A stretch of 44,400 bases of DNA from an uncultured bacterium (lineage in GTDB: Bacteria > AUK180), in the NCBI GenBank assembly GCA_937863565.1, contig CALMGJ010000029.1:74991-119390 (forward strand). Direction: 5' to 3'. This document shows positions 1-7,149 of this stretch, in pieces. Under the pieces are notes generated by a model. That model was not told the DNA's origin and searched no databases. It saw only the letters and a list, made by a program, of their open reading frames with translations. The translations under genes were made by a program, and so were the position numbers. Every line of letters begins with the position of its first letter. Within the stretch, counting starts at the first letter, position 1.

Positions 1-2378
1 ATGAGAGAAAGATTGAAGCTCCCCGAATCGGTGGTCTCGGCCCGGCGGAAAGTAAGTCCCGATGAGAATTTCAGGAACTTAAGGTCCTGGTTCTTCAGAT
101 TGAACCTGAGATCGGGAGAGACAAGAGTTCTGCTCTCATAGGTATTGAACCTGTACACGGTCTGCCGGGATCCAATAGAGACATAGAAGAGTTTCTTGTG
201 ATCGAGAGAGGCGTAGATCTGGGACATGTAATCCCGTCTGTTTATTACCGACTCATTCTCGAAGAACCTGTACATCTCATCATAATTTGAACGTTGTATC
301 TGCCCGGTCAGTTTTATCCCGAAAAGGTTTTGATTGAAGCTTCCGTCTATCTTCTGAATGTCCCTGTACGGACTCTTCCTGATGAAAAAATCGTCCCAAT
401 CCCTGTTATAATAAAGAAGTAAATTTCCGCTGCCACGGCCGGGCAGTTTGTATTTGACTGAAATCCCCCCCCCGAGGTCAGCCTCGCTCATTATATCGAA
501 AAGGAGATTCACTTTCAGTTGAAGCCCTTTCAATTTGGGCCTGATCAATACTTTGTTCTTTATGAAGAACCCAAGGTAACTGTCCCGTCCGATGTATGTC
601 ACAAGAGGACCGTTTTCGGGATTGATATCCTTGATATAGAAAGGAAGGTAAAGAATGGGAAGCCCTCCGATATGAAGAAAAGCGTCTTTAAAAATGAGTT
701 TGTCATTCCTTATGATCTTCAGTTTGTTCACGCTGAAGAAATAATGAGGGTGTTCCAGATCGCAATCCGTGATCTGCGCGGCGCTTAAAAATATCTTGTC
801 CGTGCCGGAAAAGGTTACACTCCTACCTTTGATATTCCATCCGTCATGCTCTGTTATGATATTCTCTCCCGTCATCATTTTCCGTTTACTGTCGTAAAAT
901 CCCTTGCTCGCCTTCACTCTCTGACTGATCGAGGCAGGAGAAGTATCGGTAAAAGATGCGTTCTTTTCCAGCACGAAAAGTTCGGCCTCAGCAGGGAATA
1001 TGATAATATCGTCCAATATCCTGAATTCATCCGTTCTAAGAAATACGGATTCCCCGGGTGAATAATATGTGAGATACCGGCCGGATGCCTGCTTTCTTCC
1101 GGCTGTGAAGCAGGCCTCTACATCACGTGCTTTGGCTGCGCTGCCTTCCGATCTTAAGGAAACGGACGGAAAGAATATTTCATTTATGGAAGTATCCGGT
1201 ACGAATGCTTCTTCGAAGAACATTTCCGTACCGTCGCGGTCGTAATACAGATAACCGTCATCGTAAAGGTGCAAACTCCGCGAATCTCCTTCGACAGATC
1301 GTGAAGAAACAAGATAATCTTCATTGAACATGTAGAAATTTCCCGTGATGAGGAACCTGCTCTTTTCATCTATCGCGAAATCCCGTGCAAAATATATGTT
1401 TCCGGTATTGTCATGGCCCGTGATCCCTTCCGTTGCGGTCAGGGTCCTGATATCGGAGTCATAGAAGATCCTTTTGGGGAATAAGGTCAGTGTCGATGTA
1501 TCTCTGTATACTTCGATACGGGGTTGGCCGAGAAAATCGATCTTACCCCCGGTACTTTTTATCTTATCGCAATTGAGGGCATAGCTTTCATTGCAGAGGG
1601 ACGGTTCTCCCGTAATTGAATAACGGTCCAGGGCGCCGTTTTTGAAAAAGAGTTCTGCCTCTCTCCCTTTCAGGAGCGCACGTTCCCGCAGAACAGGGCC
1701 TTTCACAGAAAGATGTTTTCCGGCGGTATCGTATCTGCCTTTATTAAAATCGGCGCTCAAGTCCTTACCTTCCAGATGGCATTCGGCAGGGAAAATGACC
1801 ATCCCTTCTTTCTCACGGTACTCGGCATCCGTTCCGGTGAACTTGTAGCCTTCGGTCCTGAGTTCATAATCCCCTTTTACGAAAAGTACCGTACCATCAT
1901 ACTCGAAAGCATCGCCGCACAAATCCATCTTACCGTCCTTGGAAGTATAAATGAAACTCCCCGCTGACTTCAGTATTCCCTTAAAAAGCATCACATTGCC
2001 CGAAGTTTCGATAATGCCTTTGGCCGTTTCAGCTTTTACGGGACCATACGCTTCCCCTTCGTCCGAACGGGATGAATACTGCATGCCTGAAGCCTTAACA
2101 TCGATATGTGAAAGAAGTTCCCTGAACAGCACTGCCCGGTTAGTAGAGATCTCGTAACTGTCATCCTCCCTCACCTTGAGTTCGATGTCGGTTCCGGAAA
2201 CCTTGAATTTCTTTTCAGCGGTGATCTCCCCTTTCTTTATCGTTGTGAGCGTTCCCTCGAAAGTCTTCTTGATCTGAATCCCCTCGCCCTTGAATTCGGC
2301 ATTCCCTGCCTCTATACTTATTGTCAGAAACAATAGTATCAAAAGAGGGACGTTGGTTGAAAAAGGTGAATTTTTCAT
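1..2378 (-). CDS. lptD: LPS-assembly protein LptD-like outer-membrane protein (3' end runs off window)
   Basis: Absent from the ORF track because no stop lies in the window. Manual translation from ATG 2378 gives MKNSPFSTNVPLLILLFLTISIEAG (signal-peptide-like), then long beta-rich OstA-like segments, then ITDCDLEHPHYFFSVNKLKII...PILYLPFY, typical of LptD. The frame at the start matches the frame at position 3. Confidence 0.75.
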   Translation of the reverse strand, partial: MKNSPFSTNVPLLILLFLTISIEAGNAEFKGEGIQIKKTFEGTLTTIKKGEITAEKKFKVSGTDIELKVREDDSYEISTNRAVLFRELLSHIDVKASGMQYSSRSDEGEAYGPVKAETAKGIIETSGNVMLFKGILKSAGSFIYTSKDGKMDLCGDAFEYDGTVLFVKGDYELRTEGYKFTGTDAEYREKEGMVIFPAECHLEGKDLSADFNKGRYDTAGKHLSVKGPVLRERALLKGREAELFFKNGALDRYSITGEPSLCNESYALNCDKIKSTGGKIDFLGQPRIEVYRDTSTLTLFPKRIFYDSDIRTLTATEGITGHDNTGNIYFARDFAIDEKSRFLITGNFYMFNEDYLVSSRSVEGDSRSLHLYDDGYLYYDRDGTEMFFEEAFVPDTSINEIFFPSVSLRSEGSAAKARDVEACFTAGRKQASGRYLTYYSPGESVFLRTDEFRILDDIIIFPAEAELFVLEKNASFTDTSPASISQRVKASKGFYDSKRKMMTGENIITEHDGWNIKGRSVTFSGTDKIFLSAAQITDCDLEHPHYFFSVNKLKIIRNDKLIFKDAFLHIGGLPILYLPFYIKDINPENGPLVTYIGRDSYLGFFIKNKVLIRPKLKGLQLKVNLLFDIMSEADLGGGISVKYKLPGRGSGNLLLYYNRDWDDFFIRKSPYRDIQKIDGSFNQNLFGIKLTGQIQRSNYDEMYRFFENESVINRRDYMSQIYASLDHKKLFYVSIGSRQTVYRFNTYESRTLVSPDLRFNLKNQDLKFLKFSSGLTFRRAETTDSGSFNLSL
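2342..2370. repeat. Left 29-bp inverted repeat of HUH transposase cassette
   Basis: AAAGAGGGACGTTGGTTGAAAAAGGTGAA is the exact reverse complement of 3256-3284. Confidence 0.95.
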
Positions 2379-3226
2379 TTTTTCCGGCAAAGGATCTTGC
2401 TGATCAGCGATTTATCGCAATTCAATGCCCGTGCAATATCCGAATTCCGTAATCCTTTTTCAGAAAGCTTTTTTACGAGTTTCATCCTCTTGTCCGATGA
2501 TCCTCTCTTCCATTTCGAATTCGATATATCTTCAATGTCAATGCCCGATTCGCGGGAGGTTTCCTTAATTATCCTTATGATCGATGCATCCTCCGCTCTT
2601 TTTTCACGATACTTCGATCTTTCCCGTCCGCGCTTCCTTTTATCGATATGCTTGAATTCGCTCTCGGAACCTACAGCCCCCATGAAATACGGTATTACAT
2701 CTTGCGACTTCTCCATGACATTCTTATATGCACGGTTGTTTGAAAGACACGGGAGCTTTTTTATTCTGGGAATATTCTGTTCCTTGAGCCCTTCATAAAA
2801 TGCTGCACTCGAGTACGGAAAGGTCTTTGCATCACGAGACATCTTCGCCTTCACGGGGTTCAAGTGAATATATTTTACCACGTCTTTAAGATACTGCACG
2901 TTCAACACGATGTGGGATCTATAGCGGTCCTGGAACACATGACCTGTTGTTCCGTACTTTTTATTGAAATATATCGCATATCTAGTATTCAACCTTCTCA
3001 TGAAATCGGCAAGCGACCTTGTTCTTCTATAGATCAACAGGTGAACATGATTGACCATTAACGCATATGCATATAGTTCCATGTCCGTTTCGGAAAGGAG
3101 GGAGTTGACGAGCCCTGAAAATACTTGTTTATCTTTCTTTGAAAAAAAGATGGGATTTTTCCTTTGTCCCCGGCAGATGATATGATAAAAGAAATTTTCC
3201 AAGTCTAGTCTTGCAGTTCTTACCAT
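2375..3226 (-). CDS. REP-associated tyrosine transposase-like (Y1_Tnp/RAYT) HUH endonuclease with C-terminal HTH
   Basis: Motifs YHIICRG, HUH motif MVNHVHLL, GHVFQDRYRS, catalytic-Tyr motif YIHLNPVKA and FPYSSA; C-terminal GLRNSDIARALNCDKSLISKI is HTH-like. Confidence 0.92.
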   Translation of the reverse strand: MVRTARLDLENFFYHIICRGQRKNPIFFSKKDKQVFSGLVNSLLSETDMELYAYALMVNHVHLLIYRRTRSLADFMRRLNTRYAIYFNKKYGTTGHVFQDRYRSHIVLNVQYLKDVVKYIHLNPVKAKMSRDAKTFPYSSAAFYEGLKEQNIPRIKKLPCLSNNRAYKNVMEKSQDVIPYFMGAVGSESEFKHIDKRKRGRERSKYREKRAEDASIIRIIKETSRESGIDIEDISNSKWKRGSSDKRMKLVKKLSEKGLRNSDIARALNCDKSLISKILCRKK

Positions 3227-3231
3227 ATATG

Positions 3232-3260
3232 ATTATAACATAATATGGAAAAAATTTCAC
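3232..3260 (-). promoter_or_regulatory. Putative sigma70 promoter of the transposase (leaderless)
   Basis: Minus strand GTGAAA-17 bp-TATAAT with extended TG. The ATG is 5 nt after the -10 and there is no SD. The -35 overlaps the right IR. Confidence 0.6.
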
Positions 3261-3284
3261 CTTTTTCAACCAACGTCCCTCTTT
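3256..3284. repeat. Right 29-bp inverted repeat of HUH transposase cassette
   Basis: TTCACCTTTTTCAACCAACGTCCCTCTTT is the exact reverse complement of 2342-2370. Confidence 0.95.
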
Positions 3285-3288
3285 CAGC

Positions 3289-3317
3289 TTGAAAAAACAA
3301 TAGTTTTTTCATATAAT
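3289..3317 (+). promoter_or_regulatory. sigma70 promoter of rnpB
   Basis: TTGAAA (3289-3294), 17 bp, TATAAT (3312-3317), ending 5 nt before the RNA 5' end. Confidence 0.8.
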
Positions 3318-3322
3318 ACTTC

Positions 3323-3638
3323 GCGGGAGATGATCGGCCGCTCTTTTTAAGAGAGGAAAGTCCGGACTCCGCTGGACAGGCAGTCCCGGTATATCCGGGA
3401 TTCCGTAAGGAAGGAAAGTGCCACAGAAAATAAGTATGCCGGGACACGGGGTATTACCCCGTGTTCTCCGCAATAGTGAAATCCGCGATCGCGGGAGACC
3501 GGGAGCAATCCCGGTTGTCGGTAAACCCCTGCCGGAGCAAGGCCAAACAGAGAGCGTTTTAAGGGCTGTCCGTCCGAGTTCTCAGGTTGGCCGCACAGAT
3601 AAATGGCCGTTTGAACAGAATCCGGCTTACTCTCCCGC
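3323..3638 (+). ncRNA. rnpB: RNase P RNA, bacterial type A-like
   Basis: Universal motifs GAGGAAAGTCC, GAAAGTGCCACAGAAA, GGTAAACCCC...GGAGCAAG and ACAGAATCCGGCTTA; P1 formed by GCGGGAGA/TCTCCCGC. Confidence 0.97.
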
Positions 3639-3989
3639 AAGTCTTGAGAAGAAAAGGGCGAACGCTTCTTTTATATTCTTCCGGAGAAGATTTTCTCCCT
3701 GCAAAGCAAGTTCCATCGTTAAAAGATTGAAAGCTCTGTTGATCCCGAGCTTCCCGTAAGAGAAAAGTTCCGCGAAATACTTGGTAACATCATCCTCGAG
3801 AAGGTTCATTTCGTCAATGATCAGGAACCTTGAATATTTGAGTATCTCAAGTTTCGAATTGATATCCTTATGTTCACAGAGATTTCTTAGATGGAATACC
3901 CATGTCTCGTGAGCCAGATTGCCGTTTTGGAACACGTTCTCCACGGCTTTCCTGTCTATCGATGCAAGCTCGGCAAGTATTATACCCAT
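3627..3989 (-). CDS. Hypothetical protein
   Basis: 120-aa ORF tightly packed behind the upstream ORF; its stop overlaps the rnpB 3' end. Confidence 0.65.
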   Translation of the reverse strand: MGIILAELASIDRKAVENVFQNGNLAHETWVFHLRNLCEHKDINSKLEILKYSRFLIIDEMNLLEDDVTKYFAELFSYGKLGINRAFNLLTMELALQGENLLRKNIKEAFALFFSRLAGE

Positions 3990-3993
3990 TATT

Positions 3994-4254
3994 CTACCTG
4001 ATTATAAGCTTCTCGATTTCCGCACGCAGCCTTTGCGAAAATTCATCCATCCGATAACTGGCTGCAAGGATCCTCCGGGAGATCTTCCAGATATTCGTTT
4101 CCTTGAGGATGACAGATTTACCGTCGGTCAGGATATTCGATTGAACGGTCTCCTCTCCCGAGAATTCCCCTTTGAAAAGTCCGCTCTCAAAATCATGATA
4201 TTTCATCTCCTTCCCTCCGATAACAACCATATTCTCTTTGAAATTTATCGCCAT
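3994..4254 (-). CDS. Hypothetical protein
   Basis: 86-aa ORF with GGAGGAGG SD, directly after the udk stop. Confidence 0.75.
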   Translation of the reverse strand: MAINFKENMVVIGGKEMKYHDFESGLFKGEFSGEETVQSNILTDGKSVILKETNIWKISRRILAASYRMDEFSQRLRAEIEKLIIR

Positions 4255-4263
4255 AGCCTCCTC

Positions 4264-5910
4264 CTAATATTTAAATGAACTGTTCCCAAGAAATTCCCTC
4301 AATATCGATGTGGGGGGGATCTCTTCAGGACCTATAGATATGAAATAGTTCAAGAAATTCTGAAGCCGTTTCGCCTCCGCGTAAACGCATGAGGACGGTT
4401 CTATCTTCCTTAAGAGGTTCTCCGCTTCGCTTTTCAATACGGCGAGCTCGTAAATGAGAGCTGAATTGAACATATCCGTAGCGTTTTCCTGGAACGGGAA
4501 TATCCAACGTTCCTCTCCTTGCCGAACTGACGGCCATCTTTTAAGAGTATCCTCGGCGGAATAGTTCCTGTATTTGCTGTCTCTGACCATACGCCTGATG
4601 AGCCTTGAATCCGTAGTAGGTATACGGTTGTAACTATCCACATTGAGCTGCGTAAGAGCGCTGATGTAGATCTTGAATTTCATGATCTCAGGTATATAAT
4701 GCGTGAGTTTCGGATTAAGTCCGTGAATGCCTTCAATAAGAATGACCTGCCTCCTGTCAAGCTTTAATTTATTCCCCGCGTACTCTCTGGAACCGGTCTT
4801 AAAATTATACTCGGGGATCTCCACTTCCTGGCCTTCAATGAGATGCATGAGATGCTCGTTGAAAAGTTCGATATCGATCGCATCGATATGCTCGAAATCG
4901 TGAGCTCCTTTCTCGTCCAGAGGAGTCGCATCTCTGTCCACAAAATAGTTATCTAGGGAGATCATGGCCGTTTTCGTTCCGGCGACCTGCAGATGAAGGG
5001 AAAGCCGTTTTGTGAAGGTTGTCTTTCCGGAAGAGCTCGGCCCAGCTATCAGAATCAATTTGATATCGGGACTTGAATTGATCTTATCGGCGATACGGCT
5101 CAGTTTCTTCTCGTGAATGATCTCTGATATTTTAATGAGCTGAGAGTATGTTCCATTCAGAGCTGCTTCGTTAAGCGATCCGACATCCTGAACGTTCAGG
5201 ATCTTCTGCCAGTCCTGGAATTCATGATACACTCTGAATAGTTTCTGCTGCTCTTCGAATTTAGGCACCTTATCAGGGCTTTTCGGGGTGGGGAACATGA
5301 GCACCATACCCCCGGGGTAATACAATAGGTCGAAAAGGCCCAATACACCTGTCGAAGAGGCCAGCGGCCCGTAGAAGTAGGATTTCTCACCATCCAACGT
5401 GTAAATGGTTATCTTATCGGAAAAACTGTTTTTTAGGAATTTTATTTTATTGGTATCGTTCACGGACGTGAAATAGTCTATTCCGTCCTCAATATCGATC
5501 GTTTCCTTCGTTATTGGAAGATCGCCTTCTATGATCTTCTTCATCTCGTCCTTTATCCTCTGGATGTCCTTGAAACTCAGAAGTTTCTTTTTCTCGAATT
5601 CGATGAAAAGGCCGCCCGCAAGAGAATGCTGAACTATGGGATTGTTATGCGGGAATATCTTTTTTACCGCCTTTACAAGAACGAATGACAGTGATGTGGA
5701 ATAGATCCTGAGCCCGGCAGACGAACTGATATCAATCGGACAGAGCGCAGAATCTCTCTTTATCTGTTCTTCCAGATCGACAACTTCATTGTTCAGAAGC
5801 GCACCCAGCAGAGGATATTTCCCCTTATAAGAAAGTTTCCGGAACACTTCTCCCACTGGGGTGTTCTTTTCAAAGTCAACGGTCTTGCCGTCAAATGATA
5901 CTTGAACCAT
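4264..5910 (-). CDS. udk: Uridine/nucleoside kinase with N-terminal TGS/ThrRS-like domains
   Basis: Walker A AGPSSSGKTT, ISLDNYF, IEGIHGLN, RLIRRMVRD; ThrRS-N-like N-terminal half. Confidence 0.88.
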   Translation of the reverse strand: MVQVSFDGKTVDFEKNTPVGEVFRKLSYKGKYPLLGALLNNEVVDLEEQIKRDSALCPIDISSSAGLRIYSTSLSFVLVKAVKKIFPHNNPIVQHSLAGGLFIEFEKKKLLSFKDIQRIKDEMKKIIEGDLPITKETIDIEDGIDYFTSVNDTNKIKFLKNSFSDKITIYTLDGEKSYFYGPLASSTGVLGLFDLLYYPGGMVLMFPTPKSPDKVPKFEEQQKLFRVYHEFQDWQKILNVQDVGSLNEAALNGTYSQLIKISEIIHEKKLSRIADKINSSPDIKLILIAGPSSSGKTTFTKRLSLHLQVAGTKTAMISLDNYFVDRDATPLDEKGAHDFEHIDAIDIELFNEHLMHLIEGQEVEIPEYNFKTGSREYAGNKLKLDRRQVILIEGIHGLNPKLTHYIPEIMKFKIYISALTQLNVDSYNRIPTTDSRLIRRMVRDSKYRNYSAEDTLKRWPSVRQGEERWIFPFQENATDMFNSALIYELAVLKSEAENLLRKIEPSSCVYAEAKRLQNFLNYFISIGPEEIPPTSILREFLGNSSFKY

Positions 5911-5926
5911 TATCTAACTCCGTGAT

Positions 5927-5955
5927 ATGATAACATTATTTATCTAAATTTTCAA
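5927..5955 (-). promoter_or_regulatory. Putative sigma70 promoter of udk
   Basis: TTGAAA-17 bp-TATCAT with extended TG on the minus strand. Confidence 0.5.
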
Positions 5956-6711
5956 ATCGAAAGGCATGTGGCGGGAATAAAAAAAATGCTTCCCGAAACC
6001 CAGTTTCTTGAGTTTCGTGAAGACCTCCCCGTATCCGGTGCAAACATGGCCTACAGCGTGCGAATCGGAGCCGATGCTCAGCAGTTCACCTCCCATATCC
6101 TTGTACATGGAGAGAATATGGTCCGACGGGTACTGCATACCGGATGAATGCCTGTATCCCGAAGTATTGATCTCGAGGCTTTTCCCCTTACCGATGATAT
6201 TCGCCAGAATGCTCTCGATCCGTGAAATATGTTTTTTTTCCTCGTATCGGTCAGTATATTTCCGGAGATAGTCAAGATGTCCGAAAACATCGAAATAATC
6301 GCGGCGCGACAGTTCTTCGGCAAGATCGAAATAATCCGTAAAATCATCTGTGTTTTGGCAGTATTCGCTTATCAGCACCCCGTTTATGTAATGGACAGAA
6401 CCGATGATAAGATCGAATTCATTTCCTTTAATGAAATCCTTTATCTCTCCTTCGTGTTCCGTTTGATATGTCGTTTCAACGCCATGATAAATATTAATCC
6501 CGAATTCCTTCCTGAGCCCGTCAAGCACAGCAGCGATCCGTGCATAATCGTAAAAACCGAATCCGTCATCCTTCGGGTCCGCATCAAAATGCTCGGTATT
6601 CGTAATATACTTAAGCCCGGAATCGTACATCCGCTTCACAACAGCCTCCAGCGGTGAGCGTCCGTCCGTGGAGAACTTGGAATGGAAGTGATTATCGGTA
6701 AGCGGGATCAT
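5944..6711 (-). CDS. PHP-family phosphatase (histidinol-phosphatase HisJ/HisK family)
   Basis: DNHFHSKFSTDG, TEH, IGSVH, GHLD, LEINTSG, IGSDSH. Confidence 0.88.
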   Translation of the reverse strand: MIPLTDNHFHSKFSTDGRSPLEAVVKRMYDSGLKYITNTEHFDADPKDDGFGFYDYARIAAVLDGLRKEFGINIYHGVETTYQTEHEGEIKDFIKGNEFDLIIGSVHYINGVLISEYCQNTDDFTDYFDLAEELSRRDYFDVFGHLDYLRKYTDRYEEKKHISRIESILANIIGKGKSLEINTSGYRHSSGMQYPSDHILSMYKDMGGELLSIGSDSHAVGHVCTGYGEVFTKLKKLGFGKHFFYSRHMPFDLKI

Positions 6712-6718
6712 TTCCGAA

Positions 6719-7147
6719 TCAGCTTTTCGAGATCAGATAGAACACATTGATGATAATGGCAAGTTGTGAAATGAAGGTCACGAAAGAGCCCCAGTCCTTT
6801 CTGATATTCTTTTCAACGATGATTATATCTCCGTTCTCGACCTTCATCGGTTCGTTCTGCTCTTTCCCTTTAAGCATTTTTGAAAGATAGAGCCGGAAGA
6901 CCTGCTTGCCTTTCTCGGTATAGCGTATGACCTTGACATTGTTCATATCGGCATAATCCGTCATGCCGCCGGCGCTTGAAAGGGCCTGCACGATCGTTGA
7001 TCCGTATTCGACCTTGTATTCTCCGGGTTTCTGCACCTGCCCCCAGATATTGACAGTAATGATTAATTTATCATCGTCGCCGAGTTCGAGCGCATGGATG
7101 GATAAAACGATACAGGCAAGCAAAACAAGGATGAATGTTCTTCTCAT
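6719..7147 (-). CDS. SLBB-domain protein (polysaccharide-export related)
   Basis: Signal peptide; VNIWGQVQKPGEY, ALSSAGG, ENGDIIIV; hydrophobic C-terminal helix. Confidence 0.8.
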   Translation of the reverse strand: MRRTFILVLLACIVLSIHALELGDDDKLIITVNIWGQVQKPGEYKVEYGSTIVQALSSAGGMTDYADMNNVKVIRYTEKGKQVFRLYLSKMLKGKEQNEPMKVENGDIIIVEKNIRKDWGSFVTFISQLAIIINVFYLISKS

Positions 7148-7149
7148 TT

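Larger units (their letters stand above)
2342..3284. mobile_element. RAYT/Y1 HUH transposase cassette bounded by inverted repeats
   Basis: A single HUH gene is tightly enclosed by a perfect 29-bp IR pair. Mobility or invertibility is inferred, not shown. Confidence 0.7.

Noticed and set aside
519-2157. Short ORFs listed in the track over the first 2.2 kb
   Set aside because: They are shadows of the long minus-strand lptD-like frame, which the track omits because it has no stop in the window.
3440-3520. GC-rich hairpins near the transposase as possible REP elements
   Set aside because: They are helices P12-P14 of RNase P RNA, and no dispersed REP family is visible in the window.
3220-3759. 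ORFs 3220..3447, 3347..3640 and 3418..3759
   Set aside because: They overlap the RNase P RNA gene and its promoter and show no recognisable protein features.
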